Origin: an uncultured Chloroflexia bacterium
Lineage (GTDB): Bacteria; Chloroflexota; Limnocylindria; Limnocylindrales; CSP1-4
Direction: 5' to 3'
Assembly (NCBI GenBank): GCA_963783055.1
Contig: CAWAMB010000004.1
Location: forward strand, 718,304-782,303
DNA length: 64,000 bases
In this document: positions 1-10,596 of the stretch, one piece after another
Layout: every line of letters starts with the position of its first letter
Position numbering within the stretch: position 1 is the first letter of the stretch
The notes under the pieces: generated by a model
What the model was told of the DNA's origin: nothing
The model's input: the letters and a program-made list of their open reading frames with translations, nothing else
Databases searched by the model: none
Translations under genes and position numbers: made by a program

Positions 1-1625
1 GCGCCGAGACGACCTCGCCGACGGCGTGCCGCACAGCGGCCCGTCGTCGAGGCTGAGCGCCGGGCCGTCGACCGGCTCGTCCGCGAGGTTCGCCAGGACG
101 AGGAGCGTCTCGTCCCGGGCCGTGCCGAAGGGACGCGACGACCGACGGTCGGCTCGGCTCGACCGGGATCCGACGTCGCCGACAGCGAGCGCCGGATGGG
201 CCGCCCGCAGGCGGATCAGGGACGGTAGGTCGAGAGGAGCGAGTCCGGGTCCGCGGCCTGCGTCGCGACGTCCGTCCCGGCCGGGTCGTCGCCCAGCGGC
301 TGCCACGGCGCCGGTCGTGAACCCGGCGGCGGGCTGCGACGCGTCCCAGCGCATCGGCGTCCGGATCCGCTCGTCCGGCTTGCGCCCGGTCAGCCCGATC
401 TCCTCGCCGTAGTAGATGAACGGCATCCCCGGCCCGGTCAGGAGCAGGGTCGCGGCGAGCTTCGCCGCCGCGAGGTCGCCGTCGAGCTCGGTCGATGACC
501 CGGTCCTGGTCGTGGTTCGTCAGGAACGTCGCAGCCCGCCGGGCGGGTAGCGCTCCGCGACCTCGTCCTGCGCCGCCGCGATCGAGCCCGCGTCGCCGCG
601 AGCGCAGCGAGGTGATCGTCGCGCTGGCCAGGCCGAAGTCGAACGTCAGGTCGAGCGCACCGTCGCGGACGTAGCGCGACGACATCGAGCGTCGCGTCCC
701 AGACCTCGCCGAGGACGAGCGCGTCGGGATGGTCGGCCTTGAGCCGCTCGCGGAAGCCGGCCAGCCACTCGAACGTCGCCGGCGTGTTCTCGAGCTGCCG
801 GCCGTCCTCGATCAGGTGGCGGGCGGCATCGAGCCGGAAGCCGTCGACGCCCATCTCGTCGAGCCAGAATCGGCCGATCGCGTCGAGCTCCGCGGTGACG
901 TCCGGGTTGGCCAGGTTGAGGTCCGGCATGCCGTCCCAGAAGTAGCCGTAGAAGAAGCGCTCGCCGGCGGCGTGCCAGACGCGGCGCCCCGTCGGACCGG
1001 CCGATCCCGGACGCTCGTCGGCCCAGATGTACCAGTCGTCGTGCGCGGAACCCGGCGTCAGGGCGTCCTGGAACCACGGGTGGTCGCGCGACGTGTGGTT
1101 GAGGACGAGGTCGACGATGACGTCGATGCCGCGCTCGTGGGCCGCGGCCATGAGCGCCCGGAAGTCGGCGGCCGTGCCGTAGTCGCGCTCGATCGCGCGG
1201 TAGTCGACGACGTCGTAGCCGTGGTAGCTCGGCGACTCGGCGACGGGCATCAGCCACAGGCCGGTGACCCCGAGGTCGTCGGTCGTCGCCGGGTCGCCGT
1301 CGTTGAGGTCGTCGAGCCGGCTCGTCAGCCCGCGCAGGTCGCCGATCCCGTCGCCGTCCGAGTCGGCGAAGCTCCGGACGAAGACCTCGTAGAACACGTC
1401 GGTCCGTCCACCACGGCGGACGGCTCGGCGCGACGGCGGGGCACGCGGGGCGGAGGCGGCCGCGATCGGCGACGGCGGCTGGCGGTCGCCACCGGCCGTG
1501 GCCGGCGGGCCGGTGGGGCGCCGGCGAGCCGGTCGCGGGTCGCCGGCGACCACCGAGCGAGGCCACGATCGGTCCGCGCGCCACGATGGACGTCCACGGA
1601 CGACGTGCGGTTCGTGACGGGCCAC
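1..1625 (-). CDS. GH13 alpha-amylase family protein, possibly exported; frameshifted and running off the window start
   Basis: [59 protein letters not shown]; the C-terminal part ([20 protein letters not shown]) continues in other frames. Confidence 0.85.
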
Positions 1626-1681
1626 GTGGCCGAGTATGGCACCGCATCCGCGGCGCCGCCGTGCCGCCGAGGATGCGACCG

Positions 1682-3164
1682 GTGAGCGGCGATCCGCCGG
1701 CCTGGGTCCGCCGACGCCGTCTTCTACCAGGTCTTCCCCGACCGCTTCGCGCCGGAGCGGGCGGGTGCCGGCGCCCGGGCCGTTCGAGCCGTGGGACGCG
1801 CCGCCGACCCATGCACGGGTTCAAGGGCGGCGACCTGCTCGGCGTCGTCGAGCGGCTCGACGACCTGGCCGACCTCGGGATCGGCGGCGCTGTACCTCAA
1901 CCCGGTCTTCACGGCGGCGTCGAACCACCGCTACAACGCCTCGGACTACCTCTCCGTCGACCCGCTCCTCGGTGGCGATGCCGCGCTGCGCGCAGCTCCT
2001 CGACGAGGCCCACGCCCGCGACATCCGGGTGATCCTCGACGGCGTGTTCAACCACTCCGGGCGCGGCTTCTTCCCGTTCCAGCACGTCGTGGAGTCGGGG
2101 GCCGCGTCGCCGTACCGCGACTGGTTCTACCTCGACCGACGACGTGCTCGCCGGCCGGCGCGGGATCGACCCGTACCCGCCCGGCGAACGCGTTCGGCGA
2201 GCACCTCCGGGCGGGCTACCGGGCGTGGTGGGGCCACCCGTCGCTGCCGAAGCTGCGAGTCGACCATCCGCCGGCCCGCGAGTACCTGATGGGCGTCGCC
2301 GAGCATTGGCTCCGGTTCGGGATCGACGGCTGGCGGCTGGACGTCCCGGCCGACATCGAGGACCCGACGTTCTGGCCGGAGTTCCGGCGCCGTGTCCGGG
2401 CCGTCAATCCCGAGGCGTACCTCGTCGGCGAGATCTGGACCGAGGCCCCCGAGTGGCTCGCCGGCGACCGGTTCGACGCCCTGATGAACTACCCGCTCGG
2501 GATGGCGATCCTCGGGTTCGCGAGCGGCGGCCGGCTCGACCAGGCGGCGATCGACGGGCAGACCGACTACAGCCGGTTCCTCCACCCGCTCGACGCTCCC
2601 GCGCTGGGCGAGCGGCTGGTCCGGCTCCTCGCGCTCCACGAGCGCCCGACGACCGAGGTCCAGTACAACCTGATCGGGAGTCACGACGCGCCGCGACCGC
2701 GGACGGTCCTGGCCGGCGATCTGGGCGCACTGCGGATCGCGACGCTGCTGCCGCTCGTCCTGCCGGGAACGCCGTCGGTCTACTACGGCGACGAGCTCGG
2801 AATGGAGGGTCGGGCCGACCCGGACTGCCGCAGGGGGTATCCGGTGGAACCCGGCGACGAGGCGCTCGCGATGCGGGCGTTCACCCGGGCCGCGATCCAT
2901 GCCCGGCGGTCCCATCGTGCCCTCCGCCGCGGGACGGTCGCGGTTGCGGCGGCGGCCGGGCAGGCGATCGCGCTCGCCCGCGAGGCGGATGGCGAGCGCG
3001 CCCTCATCGCGATCAACAGCGGGCGCGAGGCGGCGCGGCTGGTCGTGGATCCCGGGCTGATGGTGGGTCTGACGCCGGTCGAGCTGGACGGCCTTCCCAA
3101 CGGACGGCTCGGCGATGGCGGGACGATCGACCTGCCGGCCCAAGGCGTACTCGTCCTGGCCTGA
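1682..3164 (+). CDS. GH13 neopullulanase/cyclomaltodextrinase-like glycosidase (several frameshifts in the 5' half)
   Basis: Segments [64 protein letters not shown] are spread over three frames. Confidence 0.85.
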
Positions 3165-3186
3165 GAGGCCCCTGCTCGACCGAACA

Positions 3187-3262
3187 CCGCCCGCCCCACG
3201 GGCGGGTGGTGCAGGTTCCGGGTTGGATCGGCCGGACCCGCCCGCCCCACGGGAACGTGGGG
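3187..3262. repeat. Two copies of CCGCCCGCCCCACGGG forming hairpins between convergent genes (REP-like or terminator)
   Basis: Copies at 3187-3202 and 3238-3253, each followed by a partial complement. Confidence 0.5.
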
Positions 3263-3274
3263 CGATCGGCTCGG

Positions 3275-5518
3275 TCAGCCGCCCTGGTTGGCGACGATCG
3301 CGGCCCGGCTGACGTCCCGGCGCTCGGCCGCCTCGCTGGCCGCGGCCGTCGCGGTCTCGCGGGCCGCCTCGGCTGCCGGGAGGTACATGCTCTCGACGTA
3401 GTCGCGCAGCATCCGGGTGGTCGAGAACCGCCACATCGTCGAGGCCATCGAGCGCCGCATCAGGTCGGCCCACCGGGTCGGCAAGCCGTCGGCGTCGCGC
3501 TCGTAATAGCGCGGCACGATCTCGTCCTCGAGCAGCCGGTAGAGGTCCTGGGCGTCCGCCCAGTCCTGGGCGCCGTCATCGGGGTTCTGCTCGCGTCCGC
3601 CGATCGCCCAGCCGTTGTCGCCGACATAGCCCTCGTCCCACCAGCCGTCGAGGACGCTGACATTCACCGCGCCGTTCATCGCGGCCTTCATCCCGCTCGT
3701 CCCCGACGCCTCGAGCGGCCGCCGCGGGTTGTTGAGCCAGACATCGACGCCGGACACGAGATAGCGGCCGATCCGCATGTCGTAGTCCTCGAGGATGAAG
3801 ACCCGGCCGCGAAGCCGCTCGGAGCGCGATCGGCCGAAGATCTCCTGGATGACCTGCTGGCCGGGCCGGTCGGCCGGATGGGCCTTGCCGGCGAAGACGA
3901 CCTGGACGGGCCGCTCCTCGTTCCAGAGGATCGCGGCCAGGCGCTCGAGATCGGTGAACAGCAGGCCCGCCCGCTTGTAGGTCGCGAACCGCCGCGCGAA
4001 GCCGACGGTCAGGATGTCCGGATCGAGCGCCGTCTCGAGGGCCTCGAGGACGGCCGGGGCCTCCCCATGACGGGCGAACTGGTTGCGCAGCCGGCGCCGG
4101 GCGAAGATCGCCAGCTCGAGCTTCTCGCGCTGGTGGGAGTCCCACAGCTTGGCGGTCGGGATGTCGGCGAGATGCTCCCAGAACGGCCCGACGTCGCTCT
4201 CGTCGTCGATGTCGTCGAGATCCGCATCGAGCTCGCGCCGGAGGGTCTCGCTCATCGCGTTGCCCATCCACGACGGAACATGGATCCCGTTCGTGATCCC
4301 CCGGATCGGGTGGGGAGAGATGCCGCGCCAGGTCGCGTCGGCGGTCTCGGCGTGGAGCTGGCTGACGGCATTGGCGTCGTTGGTCAGGCGGAGCGAGAAG
4401 CCCGTCATGTCGAACTGCGTGCGGTCGCCGTCGGCGCCGAGGCCGAGCTCGAGGACGGCGTCGATCGGCACTCCGCCGGTCTGCGTCCGCCCATCGCCGT
4501 CGAGGAGGGGTCCGGCGACCGCCTGGACGAGATCGGCCGCGAATCGCTCGTTGCCGGCCGAGACCGGGGTGTGGATCGTGAAGACGCTGTCGCGCCGGAC
4601 CCGCTCCCAGGCGGTCTCGAGCGCGACGCCGGTCGCCACGAACTCGCGCGCCCGCTCGGCCAGCAGGAACGCGGAGTGGCCCTCGTTCAGGTGCCAGACC
4701 GCCGGATCGATGCCGAGGGCGCGCAGCGCGCGGACCCCGCCGACGCCGAGGACGAGCTCCTGGTGGAGCCGCATCTCGCGGCCGCGGACGTACAGGATGT
4801 GGGTGATCGGGCGGTCGGCGTCGGCGTTCTCGGGGATGTCGGTGTCGAGCAGCAGGACCGGCGTCCGCCCGACCTGGACCGCCCACACCGCGATCTGGAG
4901 GTCGCGGCCCGGCAGCGCGATGCTGACCGTCAGCGGCTCGCCGTCGCGGCCCTGGACCCGCCCGACCGGCAGGCGGCTCAGGTCGTAGTCCGGGTAGGCG
5001 TGCTCCTGGTGGCCGTCGGCATCGATCGTCTGGTGGAAGTAGCCGCGGCGGTACATCAGCCCGACGCCGACGAACGGCAGCGCCATGTCCGACGTCGTCT
5101 TCATGTGGTCGCCGGCGAGGACCCCGAGGCCGCCCGAGTAGATCCCGAGCGACTCGTACAGGCCGTACTCGGCGCAGAAGTAGGCGACGGGACCCGGCAG
5201 CTGGTCGGCGTGATGGCGGACGAACCAGCGATCCGAGCCATTCGCGAGGTAGCGGTCGAAGTCGCGGAGGAGCTCGCGGACCTCGACCATGAAGCTGGCG
5301 TCGTCGAGCAGGCGGGTCCACTCGACGGGACCGGCCAGGACCGGAATCGGGTTGCGGTGGCGGTTCCAGGCCCGGCGATCGATCCGACTCCAGATCACCC
5401 GGGTCCGCGGATGCCACGCCCAGTACAGGTTGTAGGCAAGGGCGCGGAGTCCCTCGAGCTGGGGAGGGAGTCGGAAGGAGGCGCCCGGAATGGTCGGGAT
5501 GATGACGCGCGACGGCAT
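3275..5518 (-). CDS. glgP: Alpha-glucan (glycogen) phosphorylase
   Basis: YSGGLGVLAGDH, HLNEGH, FARRFATYKR, GKAHPAD and the PLP motif EASGTSGMK; 747 aa. Confidence 0.95.
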   Translation of the reverse strand: MPSRVIIPTIPGASFRLPPQLEGLRALAYNLYWAWHPRTRVIWSRIDRRAWNRHRNPIPVLAGPVEWTRLLDDASFMVEVRELLRDFDRYLANGSDRWFVRHHADQLPGPVAYFCAEYGLYESLGIYSGGLGVLAGDHMKTTSDMALPFVGVGLMYRRGYFHQTIDADGHQEHAYPDYDLSRLPVGRVQGRDGEPLTVSIALPGRDLQIAVWAVQVGRTPVLLLDTDIPENADADRPITHILYVRGREMRLHQELVLGVGGVRALRALGIDPAVWHLNEGHSAFLLAERAREFVATGVALETAWERVRRDSVFTIHTPVSAGNERFAADLVQAVAGPLLDGDGRTQTGGVPIDAVLELGLGADGDRTQFDMTGFSLRLTNDANAVSQLHAETADATWRGISPHPIRGITNGIHVPSWMGNAMSETLRRELDADLDDIDDESDVGPFWEHLADIPTAKLWDSHQREKLELAIFARRRLRNQFARHGEAPAVLEALETALDPDILTVGFARRFATYKRAGLLFTDLERLAAILWNEERPVQVVFAGKAHPADRPGQQVIQEIFGRSRSERLRGRVFILEDYDMRIGRYLVSGVDVWLNNPRRPLEASGTSGMKAAMNGAVNVSVLDGWWDEGYVGDNGWAIGGREQNPDDGAQDWADAQDLYRLLEDEIVPRYYERDADGLPTRWADLMRRSMASTMWRFSTTRMLRDYVESMYLPAAEAARETATAAASEAAERRDVSRAAIVANQGG

Positions 5519-5627
5519 TGGGGCGGATCATAGCCGCTCGCCTCGCGGGTTGTGAACCGGTTTAGGCGTGACGAACGCGGACGCCACCGGCCGCCTCGGC
5601 CTCGTCCGGCGCGGCTAGGATGGGCGG

Positions 5628-7109
5628 ATGCCGCTCCGGATCGCGATGATCGCCGCCGAGTGCGAGCCCTGGGCCAAGACCGGCGGGCTCGGCGACGTCG
5701 TCGACGCCCTCGCGCGCGCGCTCGCGGCCGTGCCGGGGGCAACCGACGGCGACGTCGACGTCTTCCTGCCGCGCTATCGATCCGTGCCGGTCCCGGCGGC
5801 GACGGCCGGCTCGCGGGCGGTGCGCGTTCCCGATCCCCGGGCACCCGACGGGACGACCGAGCTGACGATCGTCGACGTCGCTGCGAACGGCTACCGGCTC
5901 CGGCTCGTCGACCACCCGCCGGCCTTCGATCGCGACGGGATGTACGGCCCACCCGGCGGCGGCGACTTCGCCGACAACGCCTGGCGCTACGGCCTGTTCT
6001 GCCGCGCCGCACTCGAGGCCCTCCGGACCGAGCCGGAGCGTCCGGTCGACATCCTCCACCTCCACGACTGGCACACCGGTCCCGCCGCCATCCAACGCGA
6101 CGCGTGGCTTGCCGACGATCCGATCCTGGGTCGCGCGGCGATCGTCATGACCCTCCACAACCTCGCCTACCACGGCTGGACCGGGCGCGACCAGCTCGAC
6201 CAGCTCGGGCTCGTGCCGGGCGGCGGCGTGGTCCCGGCCGATGCCGACGGGATCGACCTCATCCGCGAGGGGATCGTCCGGGCGGAGGTCGTCAACACCG
6301 TCTCGCCCGGGTTCGCCCGGGAGGCGCTGACGCCGGAGGGTTCGTTCGGGCTGTCGGACGCGCTCGCCGCGAAGGGCGATCGCTTCGTCGGGATCCTCAA
6401 CGGGCTCGACACCGAGCTCTGGAACCCGGCCACCGACCCCGACCTCGCTGCCGCCTTCTCGGCGGCAGACCTGACGGGCAAGGCGGCCTGCCGGGCCGAC
6501 CTGCTCGAGCGGCTCGGGTTCGATCCGGCCGACGACGGGGCCGTGCTCGGGATGATCGGCCGGCTGGATCCCCAGAAGGGGTTCGATCTCATCCACGACG
6601 CCGCACCGCGCCTGCTCGTCGCGGGTGCCCGGATCGTCGTCCAGGGATCCGGCGATCCGCACCTGGCGGCCGGCCTGCGGTCGCTGGCGGCCGCGCACCC
6701 GACGCAAGTCGCGCTCATCGAGCGGTTCGACCGGGCAATGGCCCGCCGGATCTACGCCGGGGTCGACTTCTTCCTCATGCCGTCACGGTTCGAGCCGTGC
6801 GGCACCGGCCAGATGGTCTCGCTCCGCTACGGGACGCCGCCGATCGTGCGCCGGACGGGTGGCCTCGCGGACAGCGTGATCGACGAGCGGTCGCGACCGG
6901 GGGAGGGGACGGGATTCGCGTTCGGGCCCGCCACGCCCGACGCCCTGGCGGAGGCGTGCGAGGCGGCGCTCGCCATGCGCTCGGCCGGCGGGGCACCGTG
7001 GGAGGCCCTGGTCGCGCGCGGGATGGCGGTCGACTTCGACTGGGCCCGCGGGTCGGCGCCGGCCTACGCGGCGCTGTACGAGCGAGCCCTGGCGATCCGG
7101 CGCGGCTGA
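5628..7109 (+). CDS. glgA: Glycogen synthase
   Basis: KTGGLGDV, HLHDWH, HNLAYHG, RLDPQKG, PSRFEPCG, TGGLAD. Confidence 0.95.
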   Translation: MPLRIAMIAAECEPWAKTGGLGDVVDALARALAAVPGATDGDVDVFLPRYRSVPVPAATAGSRAVRVPDPRAPDGTTELTIVDVAANGYRLRLVDHPPAFDRDGMYGPPGGGDFADNAWRYGLFCRAALEALRTEPERPVDILHLHDWHTGPAAIQRDAWLADDPILGRAAIVMTLHNLAYHGWTGRDQLDQLGLVPGGGVVPADADGIDLIREGIVRAEVVNTVSPGFAREALTPEGSFGLSDALAAKGDRFVGILNGLDTELWNPATDPDLAAAFSAADLTGKAACRADLLERLGFDPADDGAVLGMIGRLDPQKGFDLIHDAAPRLLVAGARIVVQGSGDPHLAAGLRSLAAAHPTQVALIERFDRAMARRIYAGVDFFLMPSRFEPCGTGQMVSLRYGTPPIVRRTGGLADSVIDERSRPGEGTGFAFGPATPDALAEACEAALAMRSAGGAPWEALVARGMAVDFDWARGSAPAYAALYERALAIRRG

Positions 7110-7138
7110 GCGGGGAGTCGGGCCGCGCACGGCTCGGG

Positions 7139-7831
7139 TCAGGTGGCGGGCATGCTCCGCGGGGCGACCAGCTCCATCAGCACTGCCCCGGTCGTGTTCG
7201 CCACGACCGTCGGGCCCGACTGCTCGACGAGCCGGCTGACGGACGCCGTCGTCGTGTGGCCGTGGAGCCAGACCGGCGGTGCGAGGCGGTCGAGCAGCCA
7301 GCGGTAGGCCGTGAATCCAACGTGGTAGGCGTCGGCTGCGTCGCCGACGCCGGCCGGCGGGACATGACTGATGACGATGATCGGCGCCCGCCACATCCGC
7401 GCCATGACCAGACGCCGGGCGATCCGGAGCGTCTGCCGCCAGGCCTGCCACGGCCGGCGCTGGTTGTCGGACGTGTCGACGCCGGGCCACTCCATCCCGA
7501 CGATCGGGATCCCGGCCAGGCGCTCGATCCGGCCGGCCTCCAGCCAGGCCGGCACCGGCAGAGGTCGATCGTGCCACTGGCCGCCGCGATCGTGATTGCC
7601 GCGGACGTAGACGAGCGGCGTGTTGAAGGCGTCCGCCAGGAACTCGAGCCACTCCGGCTCGAGGTCGCCGCAGCCGATGATCCCGTCGAGATGGCCCAGG
7701 TCGTCCCGGTTGGCGATGTGCTCCAGGGCCGGCTCCGGGGCATCGGAGGCGACGAGGAACCGGATCGGGCGGCCCTCGCGATCGGCGAACGCCGTGGCGT
7801 CCGGCCACTCGATCGTGAGCCGGCTGATCAT
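7139..7831 (-). CDS. Calcineurin-like metallophosphoesterase
   Basis: VASD, CGDL, VRGNHD, ISHVPP, LHGHT. Confidence 0.85.
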   Translation of the reverse strand: MISRLTIEWPDATAFADREGRPIRFLVASDAPEPALEHIANRDDLGHLDGIIGCGDLEPEWLEFLADAFNTPLVYVRGNHDRGGQWHDRPLPVPAWLEAGRIERLAGIPIVGMEWPGVDTSDNQRRPWQAWRQTLRIARRLVMARMWRAPIIVISHVPPAGVGDAADAYHVGFTAYRWLLDRLAPPVWLHGHTTTASVSRLVEQSGPTVVANTTGAVLMELVAPRSMPAT

Positions 7832-8604
7832 CCGGCCCCGTCCGCGCGCGGCTCCGCGTCCGGTTCCGGCGCGGGCGCTGCGGCCGTTGGCTCGCTGGGC
7901 GCGGGCCGCCTGACGGCGGCCCGGAGCTGGCGACTGTCCTCGACGAGGGAGGCGAACGACTCGGCTGGATCGGACGCCGGGTCTGGCGGCGGCGCGGAGG
8001 GGTCGACCAGCTCCGTGACGTCGGCGTCGATGGCGCTCTGGCCACTGTACTTGGCCATCCCGACGCGGTTGTGGCCGTCGAGGACCCAGTAGCGGTCGTC
8101 GTAGCGCAGGACGTCGATCGGCGGCAGGATCGCGAGACGGTCGGAGGCGCGCCCGAGCCGCTGCCAGCGGGCCATCCAGTTGGTCGACCGGAAGGCCTTC
8201 AGCGGCAGGAAGTCGCCGCCGCGTTGCTGGGCGCCGCCCACGGCGGTTCCGCCGATCTCGTCGACGTCGATCGTCCGGACGCCCAGCTCGCGTTGCGTTC
8301 GACGCCGAGCATCCGGGTGGACGTCGTACAGGTACGGCAACGGCAGCGCGCCGAGGCGGCGAATGCGGCGGACCCGGGCGCCGGGCCGCTCGTCGAAGCG
8401 GCGGGCGGTCGCCTCGACCGCGGCCCCGACCGCCGACGCGGCACTTCCGACGGCCGATGCCGCGCTCTCGACATAGTCGGCGGCATCGCCGAGCACGGCC
8501 GCGACCCGCTGGCCGACCGTCCGCGGCGCCGGGCTGTCTCCGTCCGGCTCGACCGGGACGGCGTCGCTCGCGTCCGCCGCCGGACGGTTGCCCTCGCTCG
8601 TCAC
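7828..8604 (-). CDS. ParB/Sulfiredoxin-like (DUF4032-related) domain protein
   Basis: LPPIDVLRYDDRYWVLDGHNRV...IDADVTEL resembles the ParB/Srx core; overlaps both neighbours by 4 bp. Confidence 0.7.
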   Translation of the reverse strand: MTSEGNRPAADASDAVPVEPDGDSPAPRTVGQRVAAVLGDAADYVESAASAVGSAASAVGAAVEATARRFDERPGARVRRIRRLGALPLPYLYDVHPDARRRTQRELGVRTIDVDEIGGTAVGGAQQRGGDFLPLKAFRSTNWMARWQRLGRASDRLAILPPIDVLRYDDRYWVLDGHNRVGMAKYSGQSAIDADVTELVDPSAPPPDPASDPAESFASLVEDSRQLRAAVRRPAPSEPTAAAPAPEPDAEPRADGAG

Positions 8605-9509
8605 CGGCTCGCGCCGCCGAGGGCCCGGAGCAGGGCGAGCGTCGTGGCCTCGGGGTGGACGCGCATCGGCGAATGGGTGCCGCCGGCGATCGTGATCACG
8701 TGATCGGCCCCGATCCGGGTTGCGAAGGCCGCGGCGGCCTCGTCCGGCACCAGGCCGCCGCTCGCCGGCTCGCCGCGGAGGAGCCAGATCGGAACCTCCG
8801 CAGCAGCGGGATCGGCAAGGGCAGCCAGGCCGCCGTCCCAGTCGCCGTTATGCGTGAGGACTGCCCGGACGGCCGGCTCATCGAACTGGGTCAGCGACTC
8901 GGCCTTCGCGAGCTTGTCGCCGGAGGACCAGGCCGGATTGGTCCGCTCGACCAGCTCGAGGGCGTCAGCGAGGCGCTCGAACTTGCGCTCGACCGGGTCC
9001 TCGAGCATCGCGGCGATCGCCGCGAGCGGGATCGCGGGCGGATCGAGCAGGACGACCGCCTCCGGCACGATCCCGACGGCCGGCAGCTCCGCCACGGTCA
9101 TTCCGCCCCAGCTGTGGCCGACGACCTGCAGGTCCGGCCGGGCGAGGCCGGCCGCGTCGAGGAACGCCGCGACGTCCGCGGCGTTGTCGCGGAAGACGTG
9201 GTGCCCGGTCCAGTGGCCGGTCCGGCCGTGGCCCGCCTGGTCGACGGCGACGATCCGTTTCCCCAGCCCGATCGCGAGGGCCGGCCCGACCCGCCACCAG
9301 ATCCGGGACGACGACGTCACGCCGTGGACCAGCAGCACCGGAGCGTTCGCGGGGTTGCCCCAGGAGCGGGTGGCCCACGGGATGCCGGCGCTCTCGATGA
9401 CCCCGAGCTCGGCCTCGGGCGGATCGGCGAGCACGGCGACCACCGCCGGATCCAGGTCGCCGTGGCCGGTCGTGATCGCCGGCGCGGGGAGGTCGCCGGG
9501 AACGCTCAT
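8601..9509 (-). CDS. Alpha/beta hydrolase
   Basis: LLVHG, DQAGHG, GHSWGG nucleophile elbow, GTHSP. Confidence 0.9.
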   Translation of the reverse strand: MSVPGDLPAPAITTGHGDLDPAVVAVLADPPEAELGVIESAGIPWATRSWGNPANAPVLLVHGVTSSSRIWWRVGPALAIGLGKRIVAVDQAGHGRTGHWTGHHVFRDNAADVAAFLDAAGLARPDLQVVGHSWGGMTVAELPAVGIVPEAVVLLDPPAIPLAAIAAMLEDPVERKFERLADALELVERTNPAWSSGDKLAKAESLTQFDEPAVRAVLTHNGDWDGGLAALADPAAAEVPIWLLRGEPASGGLVPDEAAAAFATRIGADHVITIAGGTHSPMRVHPEATTLALLRALGGASR

Positions 9510-9589
9510 GGGCCCGACCGTATCACGGCCCTCGGCGATGCCGGGACAGGGGCTAGAATCGCCGCCCAGCCCTGCTCGCCGGAGGTCCC

Positions 9590-9979
9590 ATGGCCAACCA
9601 GTTCGTCGTCGAGCTGAAGAACGTTCCCGGCGGCCTTGCGATCCTGGCTGAATCCCTTGCCGAGCGTGGGATCGATCTCCGGGCGATCGGCGGCGGCGGC
9701 ATCGGCGACACCGGCCACATCATCATGACCACGGCCGACGACGACGGCGCCCGGGCCGTCCTCGAGGCCGGCGGCTACACGTTCATCGAGGGCGAGTCGA
9801 TCCTCACCGAGGTCGATGACCGGCCCGGCGGCATGGCCCGCCTGGCGCGCCAGCTGGCCGATGCCGGCGTGAACATCTACGGCCACCTCTTCCTGGGTCG
9901 CTGGGGCGACCGGGCGATGTTCGCATTCGTCGTCGACGACCCCGACAAGGCCCGCCCGATCCTCGAACGGAAGGCCTGA
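9590..9979 (+). CDS. Tandem ACT-domain protein
   Basis: NVPGGLA and DDRPGGMARLARQLADAGVNI; GGAGG Shine-Dalgarno upstream. Confidence 0.85.
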   Translation: MANQFVVELKNVPGGLAILAESLAERGIDLRAIGGGGIGDTGHIIMTTADDDGARAVLEAGGYTFIEGESILTEVDDRPGGMARLARQLADAGVNIYGHLFLGRWGDRAMFAFVVDDPDKARPILERKA

Positions 9980-10025
9980 ACCGGCGGCTCGTCCGGGTTC
10001 GGCCTCGATGGGCTACCGTGAGGTC

Positions 10026-10370
10026 GTGGACACCGCTTCGAAGCCGGACCAGGCCGACGCCGACGAGGATGAATCGATCGAGACCATCGCTTCGGCCTGG
10101 CTCGCGTCGGAAGAGGAGCTCGCCGCCGGCAGCGGGAATCCCGCCCAGAGCGAGATCAACGCCCGCGCGCTGAGCGCCCGCTACGATGCGGCGATCCGGT
10201 CCGCGAGCCGCGAGGACCTCCGGCTGGCCTGGGAGTCAGCCCGCAAGATCCAGGCCGAGCAGGAGATGGGCTCGGAGGCATGGGCCAGTGCTCGCCGCCT
10301 GTCGGAGCTCCTCCGCGGCGAGTACCAGGCGGCGGACCCCGATCCGAGCGGAGATCCGGCCGAGGCCTGA
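10026..10370 (+). CDS. Hypothetical acidic helical protein
   Basis: Plausible codon usage; GTG at 10026 lies 6 nt after TACCGT (alternative ATG at 10008). Confidence 0.6.
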   Translation: MDTASKPDQADADEDESIETIASAWLASEEELAAGSGNPAQSEINARALSARYDAAIRSASREDLRLAWESARKIQAEQEMGSEAWASARRLSELLRGEYQAADPDPSGDPAEA

Positions 10371-10441
10371 CTCGTCGGACGCCTGCTGCAGCGCCCGCTT
10401 AGATCGCGCGTCGTGGTAGCGTTTCGGTCGCGCCAATCCGA

Positions 10442-10517
10442 GCGGGAGTAGCTCAGTTGGCAGAGCGGCAGCCTTCCAAGCTGCATGTCGCGAGTTCGAA
10501 CCTCGTCTCCCGCTCCA
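10442..10517 (+). tRNA. tRNA-Gly (anticodon TCC)
   Basis: GCGGGAG/CTCCCGC acceptor stem, AGCTCAGTTGGCAGAGC D-arm, GCAGC-CTTCCAA-GCTGC anticodon arm, GTTCGAA T-loop, encoded CCA. Confidence 0.97.
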
Positions 10518-10596
10518 TCACCTTCGAACCCAGGCGGATTGGGGCTTCGAATCCTCCCGAGCGGGCCGCACCGAGCCGCTCGAGGTCTCGACCGGC

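Noticed and set aside
2144-5533. 1129-aa plus-strand ORF and similar long ORFs (5552-8092, 25651-27996, 36722-39952, 41838-44717)
   Set aside because: Antisense or off-frame shadows of recognisable genes in very high-GC DNA
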